This document shows, one piece after another, positions 23,137 through 35,690 of a stretch of DNA of 64,000 nt. This DNA comes from Camelus ferus (lineage: Eukaryota), in the NCBI RefSeq assembly GCF_009834535.1, contig NC_045697.1, positions 4,838,001-4,902,000 on the forward strand, written 5' to 3'. Below the pieces are notes generated by a model. It did no database searches, had not been told where the DNA came from, and was given only the letters and a program-made list of their open reading frames with translations. The position numbers and the translations under genes were made by a program. Every line of letters starts with the position of its first letter. Within the stretch, counting starts at the first letter, position 1.

Positions 23137-25058
23137 CCCACAGTAAAAGAGGCGTGGTGAAGATTTAATGATCTAACTCATGGAAAGCCAGTGCTTGGCA
23201 CAATATATGTTTAATATATACAGCAATTTACAATGTAAATATGTATGTATGCATAGGCATACGTGTGTGTGCACACGTGTGTGTTGCTGTCTGATCTCTG
23301 TCTCCATGTGCTTGGGGGAGTTTGTGTGTGCTTTTGCACGGAAGCTTGTGTGTGAGCGTCATTAGTTCAGACCAAATACATTCGTAGATGACTGGGAAAA
23401 TCGTTTATGTGAGACGGTCACTATCTCTCACACGGCCTTCCTGAGGCATTTGACCTGCACGCGTACACACAGAGGGAAATCATTCGTGTGCAGTAATGCA
23501 CCAGATTTCCGCTGCTGGCCCAGGCCGGTGAGTGAGGGCTGTGAAGGGGCAGGGCCGCGCCAGCAGGAGACCAGGTGGCCTTTTGGGAAGAGAGAGCCAC
23601 TCTCTGAAGGCGCTGGGTGCGAAGAGCAAGCCAGCCTCTACGTCGTGCTCCAGGTTTGTCCCACGAAAACTTCCGGGGAGTAAAGAGGGTCATGATTCTG
23701 TCGCATTCCCGGTCAGGTATTCGACCCCGCGGCATCGCTCAGTTGGTAACAGATGTTGCTGTCATTTTACCAACCCCTCACGACGGGCAGTGGCCGATTC
23801 TCAGTATTGGAAGGAACACGTGTTGTTGTTCATAATACTTGGGACCAAAAAGGAGCAGCCACGGCGATGATAGTCCCAGAGTGCAGGCTGCACCGGCTGG
23901 GGCTGTTGGAGTGTTTGGGGACGCCAGCTCACGGGACGGGCTCGGGTCAGCCCACTCCCGTGACCCAGCTCCTGCAGAGGACAGACTTCTCACCACAGTG
24001 TTCCTGCTCCGTTGAGCCTGCTGCCAGGGGCCCTCAGGGCGAGGCCGGCCTTCAGCACGTGTGCCGGCCCATTCCACTTCTCCCTGTCCGGAGAGCGCAG
24101 ATTCTCAGGTGTTGGAACTGGACATACGATAGCTTTGCTGTGAGAAGGACACTGCTCATGGCATCGTGTGTTCCTTGTTGAACCAAGTGCTGATCTGTCG
24201 GGTAACCCATCGCGTGGACGGTAGTTCCCCGGATGGAAAAATCCAGCTGAGCCAGTCGGTGGGATAATACCAGCGAGTCTGGTGCTTGAATTACCGCTGG
24301 CCTCATGACTGCTGGCCTAATGGCTGCGCTGCTCGTTCCGCTGGATTTTGGAGGCAGCCAGCTATGGAGTGAGGGCACAGGCCCTGGGCTTAGACGGCTG
24401 AATTCAAATCCCTGCTCAGTCACTTGCCAGCTGTGTGATGTGGACTCAGTTTCCTCATCTGCGAAATGGGAATGACAGTATCCTCTCCCTAGATTAGGAA
24501 AGACAAGAAACACTCTGGGTCCAGTGCCAGGCCCAGAAAAACACCCGGTGTGTGCTAGACTGTGATCGTTCTCCTGTGCTTGGTTGGGTTTTTGTGCGTT
24601 TTGTAGATTGTAAGAACGTCATGCTCTGATGTGACTGGGCTCATCCCATGGCCCGCGAGAGTGTGGGAGTTCTGTGGGTCAGAACTGGTGGCTGATTCAT
24701 CCCAGAACTTCTGCACGTGTCCTGGGGATGGGTTCTGGGGACTCCATAGGTGTGCGTGTGCACGTGGGTGAAGGACACCTGACTGAGTGAAACATACCTT
24801 CCGTTTCTAGGCCAGTGAGGGTGTCTCGATGACTCTTTACCACCTGGGTCTCGAGCGCACTTTGCAAAGCCTGCATTTCTTATTAGTGTGTCATTTTCTT
24901 CTAAGCCTTCGTTCAGGGCAGGGACGTTTAAGGCGCTCGTCCTAGTGCTTCTCCCTGTGTGTTCTCTTCGGGAAGGAAATGTAATATTTTAAATGACTAG
25001 GAAGAATTTTCTCTAAGTTGAATTAGAAATATTTTCTCGATTTTTTTTTTCATAACAG

Positions 25059-25234
25059 GAGAATGTAGAAGAGTTAATGGACTTTTTCCAGGCCAGTAAG
25101 AGATATCATCTAAGTAAAAGATTTGGTCACAGGGAATACCTGGTCCAGAACATACAGTCATCAGAGACCCGTGTGCAAGGCCTGCTCAGCACTGCTTCTG
25201 CTCAGCTGAGCCTCCTCATCCAGAAACATGAGAG
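25059..25234 (+). CDS. EVC2: EVC2 coding exon (exon 12 equivalent), 176 nt
   Basis: Poly-T tract with acceptor cataacag|GAG and donor GAGAG|gtaaag. Translates ENVEELMDFFQASKRYHLSKRFGHREYLVQNIQSSETRVQGLLSTASAQLSLLIQKHE(R). Absent from the ORF track; translated by hand. Confidence 0.97.
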
Positions 25235-26402
25235 GTAAAGCCTGAACCACCCCCCCAAATGATGCAGAAACATGAGTGGCAAAGCCCGAAGTCCCCCCGC
25301 AGATGATGCAGACAGACGGCCTTCCCCTGGCATTCCTCATCCAGGACCACCCCCTTCTGTTCATTCACCCAGTGCCCTGGCTGCTCCTTCCTTATTTCTT
25401 CTTGAGAATTCTCTAGTTGCAAGAACCCTTTGCATTCTAGGATTTTAAAAACATACATCATAGTCGAGACAACCGGCCAGTGAGCCACTGTGTGCTCATC
25501 ATTCAGCTTTAATAGGTACCAGGTTGTGGCCAGTCTTGAGTAGCTGAACATCCCCACCCTGAATTATTTTCAAGGAAATGCCCAGCATTTCATTGAGAAA
25601 TCAGTGGTGGAGACTTACATGAACTGTGTGATGGGGCAGCCCACTTAAGCTCCAGCTCGCTGCTGGCTCTTACACTCACCTTTGGAATGAAGTATAAATA
25701 CACAGGGGCTGACCTTGCGGTCTGCGTGTTTTTTTCTTTCTCAGCAGCCCTGGGGGTGCCGTGCGGTCAGGTAAAGGGTCCTGGTGCGCACGCTCATCCC
25801 TGCAGCCTCTGGCTCTGTCCACATCCTTCTCAGCCGGCCTCTGAGGCGCGTAATTGTCAACAACGCAGTTTCTTCTGTTTAGGTTACAGGAAGCTCTAGA
25901 ACAAACAGGGCCATGACTATAAGGTTGGCTTCCTCAGGACGCGCTGTGATTTTGTGACTTGGTTCTGCTACCTAGGTAATTGTATCAGGGCTTGGCAGCT
26001 CTCTTGCCCTATTTAATAAGGATTCTGTAAGGTGTAAATTATGTGAACACTACCCATCCAGAGATGCTAATGAATTTGTCACTGTGGTTGACTTGGCATT
26101 CCTGATTCATTTTCACTCGAGTGAAAGAAACAGCTCCTTACCTTGAACTACAACAGGCGACAGCAGCTGTACTGCTGTGAGCAGTTACCAGGGAAATGTG
26201 TTTTACCTCTGATTTTTAAATTCCATTTGAAAAGGCTGGCACAGACCTACATTTCTCAAACGTGTGCCTACCATTCATTCGGTCACCTCTTCATTCCTTC
26301 AAGAAGCGTTTCCACAGAGAATCTACCGTGTGCCAAGCAGGGAGCCCAGCCCAGGGATGCAGACAGACTGGGAATGGTAGTGGTAATACTGGTCGTAACA
26401 CA

Positions 26403-26868
26403 GTTTAGCAGTCAGGAGCTTCTGGAAAAATAGAACCTATGAGATATGTATGAGGAATTGGCTCTCGTGACTGTGGAGGCTGAGAAGTCCCACGACCTGC
26501 CACCTGCCAGCTGGAGACCCGGGGAAGCCAGTGATGTGATTCAGTCCGAGTCCAAAGGCCTGAGAATCAGGGGAGCCAATGATGTAAATCCCAGCCCTAG
26601 AGCATGGGAAGTTGAGATGGGATGTCCCCACTCAGCAGTGAGGCAGGAAAAAAAAGGCGGATTCCTTATCCTCTACCATTCCTCCTGGATCAGGCCCTCG
26701 GCAGCCTGAGTGATGCCCACTAGCCTTGGGGAGGACCATCTGCTTTCCTGAGTACACCCATTCAAATGCTATTCTCACCCGGAAACACCTTTGCAGACAC
26801 ACTCAGAGGTGATCTTCAATGTGGGCAGCCTTGGCCAGTCACGTTGATACAGAGAACTAACCCTCACA
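26403..26868 (-). mobile_element. ERVL MLT2-type LTR
   Basis: Contains gaggaattggctctcgtgactgtggaggctgagaagtcccacgacctgcc...ggagacccggggaagccagtg, typical of reverse MLT2. Confidence 0.8.
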
Positions 26869-27258
26869 CCGAGTTTTCCCTCCATCGACCTCTTGGACTT
26901 CGCTTGTACCATTCCTGCCGCCAGGAGCTCCTCATCCACCGTCTTTTCTTGGAAGATTGTATCTGTTCCACAGTGGTCCCCTGGGCTGTTGTTTCCTCCC
27001 AGCCCTCTTGCCCAGTTTCTGCCCTAATGGGTGATTCATCTTGTTATGTTGAGCTTTCTCTGCACATCTCTAAAAATGCTGACCTTACCCTTCCTGCATT
27101 TTAGTGATGTCGCAGCTTCCCATTCCTCTGCTCCTTCTGAGAACGAAGATCTCTCTGATTCAGACCAACTCATGTGGAGACACACATTCAACCACAGTAC
27201 CGTCAGGCTGCAGGTGAGTCTGGACAGCACATTAACTACGTGCATCTTTTCCATCCAG

Positions 27259-27418
27259 GGCAGGCTACCTGGATGAAGATCAGATGGAGGTGCTGTTGGA
27301 GCGGGTTCAGACAGAAGTCTTTTCTATCAAACAGAAGTTGGACAATGACTTAAAGCAGGAAAAGAAGAAACTCCACCAAAAATTAATAATGAAGAGAAGA
27401 CGGGAGATGCTGCAAAAG
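27259..27418 (+). CDS. EVC2: EVC2 coding exon (exon 13 equivalent), 160 nt
   Basis: Acceptor ccatccag|G and donor AAG|gtatat. Translates AGYLDEDQMEVLLERVQTEVFSIKQKLDNDLKQEKKKLHQKLIMKRRREMLQK. Phase is compatible with both neighbours. Confidence 0.97.
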
Positions 27419-27499
27419 GTATATAAGAAATTATGCTGTTTATTCTTTGCAGAACCATTTAAAATAACCAGCAAGGGCCAGGTTCCACGCCAGGCACTG

Positions 27500-27512
27500 C
27501 CACCAGAGGGCG
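27500..27512 (+). promoter_or_regulatory. Candidate CTCF motif
   Basis: CCACCAGAGGGCG closely matches the CTCF core CCASYAGRKGGCR. Motif match only. Confidence 0.4.
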
Positions 27513-27856
27513 AGGATCTGAAGGGCCACCAGGCCGGCATCACCATGTGCCATCTGCAGTTGATTGGTAGTGACTTTCTGGAATGCCATGGCAAGGCTTC
27601 TCCGGGTCCTATCCAGCCTCAGTGAAGCTGAGGGTTGTGGTAGATTAGTAATGTCTGCCAGGGCAAGGGGCAAGGAGTGCAGGCTCGAGTGCATAATGAC
27701 TGGGGTGGGTGATACCGCATTTACTGAGCATGCACTTGGCAGGGTGCTGGCTGTGTTTATGAGGCACCTTGTTTAATCCTGGCATTAACCCTGTAAGGTA
27801 GCTGCTGCCGTTTTCTCTCTTTTTCCTAGTGACGACACTGAGGCTGGGAGGGCTTA

Positions 27857-28374
27857 TGTGTTGTGGTCCGCGTGGGCTGCCAGACAAATTACCACAGACT
27901 GGGTGGCTTATAAAGAACAAACATTTATATCTCACAGTTCTGGAGGCTGCAAGTCCAGGATCAGGGTGCCGGCGTGGTCGGGTTCTGGTGAAGGCCCCCT
28001 TCTGGTTCCAGACGCCTGACTTCTCGCTGTGCCTGGAAGTGGGGAGAGAGCTTGGCGAGTGGGTGTGGGGTCTTTTTCTATCAGGGCATCATCCTTGCTC
28101 TTGGATTGGAAAAATTAATATTGTTAAAATGGCCATACTACCTAAAGCAATCTATCTACAGATTTGATGCGACCCCTATCGAATTACCCAGGACATTTTT
28201 CACAGAACTTGAACGAGTAATCTTAAAATTTATATCAGGACACCAGTCCTATTCAGGAGGCTCCACTCTCATGACCTAAGCACCTCACAGAGCCTCCCTG
28301 TCCTGACACCATCGCATCGGGTGTTAGGTTTCAGCACACGGGTGTTGGGGGGACACAGACATTCAGAGCCCAGC
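27857..28374 (-). mobile_element. MaLR LTR (MLT1A-like), interrupted by an L1 ORF2 fragment
   Basis: MLT1A-like text lies on both sides of the 28089-28232 insert and ends ...gacacagacattcagagcccagca. Confidence 0.8.
28089..28232 (+). mobile_element. Internal L1 ORF2 fragment (144 bp)
   Basis: Encodes [21 protein letters not shown], then a frameshift, then [24 protein letters not shown]. This is a conserved post-RT segment of L1 ORF2. Confidence 0.9.
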
Positions 28375-28854
28375 ATTAAGTACTGAGGGCCAGGTCAATA
28401 GTGAATGGCAGGCCTGGGATTGAGCCCAGGCCTGTCTGACTCAGGGCCTAAGCCTTGTCCTTGACACAAGCTGCTCAGCTGTTTGCCCACCCCCAGGAGC
28501 AGAGACCAACAGCAACCCTGCAGGGGCACCCACCTGCTTCACACTGCGGTAGTGCAGAGAGGAAGTCACCGTCTCCTGGGGAGGGTGGCCCAGGGCAGGT
28601 GCAGCAGAGCCTGAGTCCTGGGGGACAGGCGAGCATTCGGCATCCACAGAGCGGTGAAGCACTCGGGTGAGGATGTGCCGCTGTGTTGGGAGCTCCAGGA
28701 CCGTGGGAGCTGAGTGTGCGGGGGGCTGGGGGCAGGGGTGGGGGGAGGCACCCCCTGGGAGCAGCACCACAGCAGTGAGGGCAGCGTGCAAGGCTGGCGG
28801 CTTACCTGCATCCCAGGACAGTGGGGAACGTCGCAGGGTTTTCAGGGGGAGAAG

Positions 28855-29318
28855 TGTTACTGAACGCCAGTTCAATGCACCCTGAGGCCAAAGAAACCGA
28901 AACGGAGTTTGGAGCAGAGGAAGGTTTACTGCAGGGCCGAGCAAGGAGGACAGGGTGGCTTATGACCAAGAAAACCCCAAACTCCCTGAAGGGTTTCAGC
29001 AAAGCATATTTAAAGGCCAGGTCAGGGAGGGGGTCGCAGGATCTGTGATCAGCTCATGCACAATTCTCTGATTGGCTGATGTGTAGGGAACAGGGCGGTC
29101 AACACTGTCAATCCCTGGGCACCAGAAGGTCTGGGGGCCGTGTGCTCTTGATCATCAAGTAGTTAATTTCTTTCCTTTGGTGGTGGTTTTTAGCATCTGC
29201 AAAACTCAGGAAATACACAGGAGATACTATTATCTGGGTACCTCAGAGAGGAGCTGCAGCAGAGGATACAGAGAGGGGTCTGTCCCAGGAAGGCCCCACA
29301 GGGTCCTGCTCGGTTACA
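28855..29318 (-). mobile_element. ERV1 solo LTR (464 bp)
   Basis: TGTTAC...GTTACA termini with a perfect 4-bp TSD GAAG at 28851-28854 and 29319-29322. Confidence 0.85.
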
Positions 29319-30735
29319 GAAGGAAGATCAGATTTGGGATTCAGGAAGCTCACGTGAGCAGCCCTACAGATAGATCTGGAGAGCCCCAGGGCGTAAACCC
29401 ATGGGAGGCTCTGGTGCTTGGCCAGGTCAGAACTGAAGAGACCAAGCCCTGAGCACGGAGCAAGGGCAGATGCAGAGCAGATGTGGGATGCTCGGGACGA
29501 CCTGGGTGGTGGTCTGGTGCCACTCAGGGAGGAAGGCTGCAGAATAACTGAATTGGAATGATAGAAACTCTGCTTCTTACTACCAAGTGTTGTGCTCCCT
29601 AGAAAGCCATGATTCTCACCTTGACCAGTTAACCTCCACCCCATCTCAGCATCATCTCGTCCACGTCCACTAGCTAAAGGATCAGAACAGCAGGGCCCCA
29701 GGACCACTCTTCTCTGATGGTCTGGCCTGGTTCAAGGTTAGGTCTGGAAGGATGGATGCGCTGCAGAGATTCCGGCAGTCCTCCGTAAATACTGTTTCTT
29801 CCAGCGGCTTTGTTAAATCCTGTGAAGGGCACAGAGTTCGGGAGTCCCTGCACGATCAGAGGTCTGTGTTGTAGCCCCAGCACTGAGGACACATAGTAGC
29901 TCAATGAGCATTTGTAGAATGAAGGAAGTGACACTCTCTGCTCACTCGGACCCGTAAACAGAAGGTAGACCATCCCGTGTTCTCAGAAAGTGGAACCGGG
30001 CCATCTGCAGGTGCATCATTATAAATAACAACAGAGCTGACATCTTTGTGCAGGTCAGCTTTTTCCTATCACAGGGCCTCCACACTTACTGCGTTTTCTC
30101 CCAGGAAAAGCCTCCCTCCCACCCCCTGTCTTATCCTGATTGAGATATGACCTCATCCCTCAGGTCTCGCTTGGATCTTTTTCCTCAAAAGTCCTGTGAC
30201 CTCCTCATTTAAATGGTCTCTCAGGGATCTCAGAGGTTTTCCCCTTACAATATCTCGGTTTTCATTTGCCATGTATCCGGGACGTGGTCGTAATACTGGC
30301 AGACATTTGTTGATGGGAACCCTGCACCAGGCCCTTCTCTAAGAGCTAGATGTGTGTTAAGCAACTCATTGAGTCCTCACAACTGCTCTATGAAGTAGAT
30401 CCTGTTATCATGCCCATTTTACAGATTAGGAAGTAGAGGCACAGAGAGAACAAGACACTTGTTTGGCGCTGCTCAGTGCACAAGGGGAGGAGCCAGGATC
30501 AGAACCCAGCCTGTCTGCCTCTCGGGCTTTGCTGCCTCAGTAAATCCATGTTCAATAAACGCTGAACAAGTGAAGTTCCCACTACCTACTGTCATTTCCT
30601 AACTGTGAGAGCACTGGGGAGAAGACTACCCACATGCTGTGGCTCCCGCAACCAGTTCCCAAAGTGTTTTCCCAAAGAAAGGACACACCGAGTCCTGTGC
30701 CCCTTTTTAACTTTCCCTTCTGGGATTCCCGCCAG

Positions 30736-31190
30736 CACCGGGAGCAGCGGAAGGAGCAGCTGTCCGTCGGCGAAGCCTTCGGCGCGGCCGAGGATGCCGG
30801 CCGGTACCTGGGCCGGTGGCGGAGCCTGGTGGCCGAGCACAGCGCCGCCCTGGAGGAGCTGCAGGAGCACCTGGACCAGGCGGCCCTGGACGAGCTCAGG
30901 GCCCTGAGCCTCTCGCTGTCCGAGAGGGCCACGGAGGAGCTGCGGCGTCTGCAGACCTCGGCCGTGACCCAGGAGCTGCTCAAGCGCGGCGTGCCCTGGC
31001 TCTTCCTGCAGCAGATCCTGGAGGAGCACGGCAGGGACCTGGCCGCCCGAGCCGAGCAGCTGGAGGGCGAGGAGCGGGACCGGGGCCAGGAGGGCGTCCA
31101 GGGCGTGAGGCAGAGACTGAAGGACGACGCTCTGGAGGCCGCCACGGAGGAGCAGGCGGAGCTGAGACACTGGGAGCGCTTGGTCTTTAG
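30736..31190 (+). CDS. EVC2: EVC2 coding exon (exon 14 equivalent), 455 nt, GC/CpG-rich
   Basis: Acceptor cccgccag|CAC and donor TTTAG|gtgagt. Translates HREQRKEQLSVGEAF...QELLKRGVPWLFLQQILEEH...EEQAELRHWERLVF(R). Confidence 0.97.
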
Positions 31191-32576
31191 GTGAGTTGGG
31201 ATGTCTGTGTGATTTCATCACTCCCCTTCACCCGGGTCGGGGCGGGATTCTGCCCCCTGCTTATGCAGATGGCCGACCTCGTGCCACCCGACGCTGGACA
31301 GGTGAGCCTGACAGCAGTTCATTACTCACTGATGCTCACAGCCCCGGGGAGAGGGACCCGACATGTCCCCCAGGGCCACTCGGGGGCTGCAAACAACCAG
31401 GGCCTGTGGGAGGCAGGCTGTGTAGTAACAAGAGAGTGAGGTGCCTGGTTCCCATGGGAGGATGCAGTGGGCTTGTTTGAAGAACTGCACAGGCTGGCAG
31501 GGAGCCGAAACCCACTGCTCTCGGGGGAGCAGGGCGGCGCCTGGTCCCCTTGATGGGAAGTGTTCCTTGATGAGGAGCCCTCGTCTCTGGGAGCAGGGTG
31601 GGGAGGGGAGCTTGTGCTCAGGCCACGCGAGGCCCTCCCCGTGTCGGCAGGCGTCAGGGAGCACGTGACGGTGGCCTTACCCCACACTGCACCCTCTCTT
31701 CACCTGGCCCCTTCACTCACTGAATTCAAGAACCATGGAAAGACACCCACTTACAAACAGGATGTTGTAGGCGACAGCCAGCCGACACTCTTGCTCTAAT
31801 AACTAGAAAAACATGGCTAATGTTTTTAAAGACACCGGAGAGCTGTGGAAGTGATGAGGACAAGTTGAAGTCAATTCCGGAGGGACCAACGTTTGAAGGT
31901 CCTTTACTCCCTGCAGATTTGCCGGCTGTTGGTGCAGACTGAGATCGATGCGGCCCAAAATTGGCCTTTAGTTGTGTGATAGAGACCAGCAAAGCTTTGG
32001 CAGCCGTTTGGGGCTGGCACATCAGATTGGAAATAGGAGGAACCTCAAACATGGCCCTTATGGGGCTACAGAGAGGGATGGAATGTGGGCAGTGTAGACC
32101 GAAACACCTGGGTTTAAATCCCAGCATCACCACCAAGTGTCTGAGTGTAGGCAAGTTACTTAGTCTCTCTGGGCCTCATCTTTCCTATCTATAAAACATG
32201 ATGCCAGTACTAAGTCATTTAGGGTGCTTCAGCCGCACATGATACTATCGGGTTGTTAGAAGGTGAAGAAAACATTTTATAAGAAGTCAGGAGGTCCATT
32301 TACAGTTTTGATTCCATGACTCAATGATACTACCAAGGATCCAGCTCTCAACATCTTTTTGCTCCACTGTACTCAGTGGGCTGCCTTGGTCTTTAGGCTC
32401 ATCCCCTCAGGGTTTCAGGATGGCTGCTGCAGCTCCAGATGTCACACCCATCATCTCTTTTTAACATCTGAGGCGTTAATCCTTCCGATCCCACTGGGCA
32501 GGACTGTGTCCATCACAAGCCCATGCCTAAACCGTTCACCAGCAAGGAGAGTAAAATGGCCGTGATTGTCTTATCC

Positions 32577-32787
32577 CAGGGGGCACTTCTGTAAAGTGCC
32601 AGGTGGTAAACACCGGAGGCTCTGAGGGCTGCATGGCTTCTGTTGCTACTATTTGGCTTTGCTGTTGCAGCAGGAAAGCAGCCACAGACGGTCACAGATG
32701 AGCATCACTTTGTTCCAATAAATCTTTATTGACAAAAACAGGCAGCAGGGCCAGACTTGGTCTACAGGTCACAGATTGCTAGTTCCT
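32577..32787 (-). mobile_element. hAT-Charlie MITE (MER58A-like)
   Basis: Contains tgttccaataaatctttattgacaaaaacaggcagcagggccaga, typical of reverse MER58A. Confidence 0.7.
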
Positions 32788-32994
32788 GCCTCAGACCAAT
32801 CAGGATTCTCTCTATGGGTCTGCGACAGGTGTTTCTATCCCCGCCGTTGTTGGAGGGCAACCCCTGTAAACGAAAGCTGAGCTGGCAAGAGGCGAGGAAG
32901 TGCCTCTAGGTTAGGGCATCACCCATGTCTAGCAAAATGCCAGCGTCACAGCATTGATGAGGAACTGCGTATTTAAATCTTCTAACATAACCCT

Positions 32995-33066
32995 TGGTCT
33001 GCAATAAGGGGGTGATAGGTGGTAGCTGCAGATAGGTGGTCTGCAATAAGGGGGTGATAGGTGGTA
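32995..33066. repeat. 30-bp direct duplication with a 12-bp spacer
   Basis: TGGTCTGCAATAAGGGGGTGATAGGTGGTA occurs at 32995-33024 and 33037-33066. Confidence 0.95.
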
Positions 33067-35690
33067 CCTCCATCATTCTTGTGCTGGAAGAACTCAGAAT
33101 ATCAGGAGGAAAACACCCCAGAAATAGATGATTGTGAGAAGCGAAGCACAAGCGATTAGCCAGGTAACTGCGTGGAGGACCAGGATCCTTGCCAAGCTCT
33201 GCAGGAGGTGCGTTTTGGGTGCCAGCTGCTGACCTGGCACTGGGAGCCAGAGATGAGAGGACTCTGCCCACTGGTGCTTTGCTGAGGGGCGGCAAGACTA
33301 GACGGTGGGGAAGCTTGAAGGTCCTTGCCTGGGTGGGACACTGGGAGACCAGTCTCATCGGAAAAAGAACAAAATTAAAAAACCCCACCAACAGCTGACG
33401 GTGGAGAGAAACACCATCTACCTTGTCTGTTTGTTTCGAGTGGTAGAAACTGTTTGCATTTAAGGACATAATTGTGCCCATTTGGCAGTAACCTCGAGCC
33501 TCTCTTCCCTTTAACCAGCAAACCTGCCAATCAATATCCCTTAAAGATGCTATCCTGTCAACAAACAAACGAACCCAGAAAACCTTATTCAAGCAAAGAA
33601 ACAAAGCCAAAGCCCTTTTTCTCTTCTTTCCTTGGTATGGACACTCCACGGTTTCATTTGGATCTTGGTCACAATTTAAATTCTGAATCTGTAGCCTTTT
33701 TATTGGAAATGGTTGCACCGACATAGGATCGTGAAGGCGATGTTGTGGGTCAGGGGTGGGGCAGAGGGAAGGAGAACGAGTCCTTGTCGGTGTATCTGCT
33801 CAGTCTGTCTGTCCCCATCCTTTCTTGACCCCGCATCCTGCTGGCTGGACATCGGTGGTCCTCTCCATCTGAACCCTGTCAGAGACACCAGACATCATTC
33901 TGCCCATCCTTTCTTGGTGGCAGTTACATCCGGTGGGAACAGGGTCTTCCTGGCCTTAGCAATGCAGCGCCTCCTCCTGCAAATGCTCTTCCCTGGGGAC
34001 CGACCTTTCTAACGGGAGGGTAAGTCCCAGGTGTTAGCAGAGTGCGAGATTGTCTCGATTTAGACTATAATCTCTCTCCTCTTCCTCATCTCTCTTTTTT
34101 ATGGTTCTGTTCTCGTTTATTTCCCAAACTCTGTGTTTGTTTCTTTGAGCAAACAAGATGCTGTCTTCTCCATGCCCATGAACATCAGATCCTTAACTGC
34201 CACTTCTTATTGCCGTGAATTGTTCTCAGCAGTAATTACTCAGCTCAACCTCTGTTCCAACAAAGTGTCTTTACTCACTCCAGCCGGCTTTGGACTCTTC
34301 CAAATGAATTTGACCTGACGTTTCCATTCCCAGATGGCCATCTTCCTCCCCTTTATTTGGTTCCATTTTGCAGGGAGTATTACTAAAGCCAACCCTGATT
34401 TAGTGGCCAGAGAGGAAAAGAGAAATCTCAGCTTGCTATCAGAAAACTTGATTTTCCGAACGGTTATAGAGGGTCAACTAGCAATACACAAGACGTGAGT
34501 CTGCTGATACACGTTGCTTATTTAAGACTCGAAAAGGTTGCAGCCTTTATTTTGAGGCATTAGGTAGAAATGACTTTGCACAGTCATTTTGAGACATATT
34601 TTTATAAGCTTCCTGATTGCAAGCAAGATGGAGTTGCTGTAAATCTGGTCCCAGAAAGTAAGAATTAATAAGGATGTGTATTTTGTCAGGGAAAGTGTGT
34701 CTTTGAGACTTCTTCCCTAAACTCCTGCCTGGGTTTTAAATTCCTTCCGGGCAGAGACCCCGTGTCCTGTATTTCTACATCATCTTGACCCGCCTGTGTT
34801 ATCCCGTATCGCCTACCTAGTGGAGGGTGAAGGCCAGACCACCCGGGGTCGGCCCGATTTGAAGGTGGGCAAGACCAAAGGCTGAGGTTCATTTCGGAGT
34901 TGCTCTCACCCGGATTCCATGTAAACGGCAAACACGTGGGGCAGAGGTTCTCCGCCAGAGAAGGCACAGAGGAGCAGCTGCAGCTTCCTGAAGCTGTTTC
35001 AGGACAGCCATGGCCACTTTACCGTCCTTGCTGGAGGACGGTTAGGCCTCCACTTGTGATGATGCATAGTCCTGCCGGACAGGATCGGAAGGATCAAAGC
35101 CTCAGGAAAACTGATGGGTCCCATGGAACCCAAGACGTAGGCCAGGGGCCTTCTGGTTGGGGGCCCGCTTCAGCCCTGATGGTCTTATTCTGTTTCCATG
35201 AAACTTCCTAGCTGAGCCGCAGTCCCACCCACTCACACTGAGATCCGGGCCCGGTGGGCCTGGCAGGCCTGGCACAGCCCTCCCACAATAGTGTCCTGCG
35301 GCTGTTTCTGAATTTTAAAGCATCCACAAAGCATATTTTATGCAGCCAGAGCTGACGGAACATTACCGGAATAACCAAATGGATCTCTGCTTGTCTCCGG
35401 AAGACATGCTGGTGATCAGCGAACAGACACACATGGCCCCAAGCAGGAAGGAAGGCGAAGGCCTCCCCCTGAAACGCTGGCTCCTGGGTCCGGGAGGATG
35501 TTCTGTCCAGAAGTCCCAGCGGGCTTCCCCTTACATGTCCTCGGCTGGAACTAGGTCCCGAGAGGCGGGAAAGTGAGCCTGCGGCCAGTCTCCCCGTAGA
35601 GGGGCTGTGGGCCTTGCCTCGGAGGAAGAGGGGGGCGTTCGTCAACGTCCTCATCTATGACTTGGCAGGATCAGCAACGATGCAGCTGAA

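Noticed and set aside
30582..31221. Long antisense ORFs over exon 14 (similarly over exons 15, 17 and 18)
   Set aside because: These are stop-poor shadows of GC-rich coding sequence.
32906..33724. 272-aa minus-strand ORF, the longest non-exonic ORF
   Set aside because: It has a non-ATG start and no recognisable domain, and it spans the 30-bp duplication (PPITPLLQT twice). Most likely a chance ORF.
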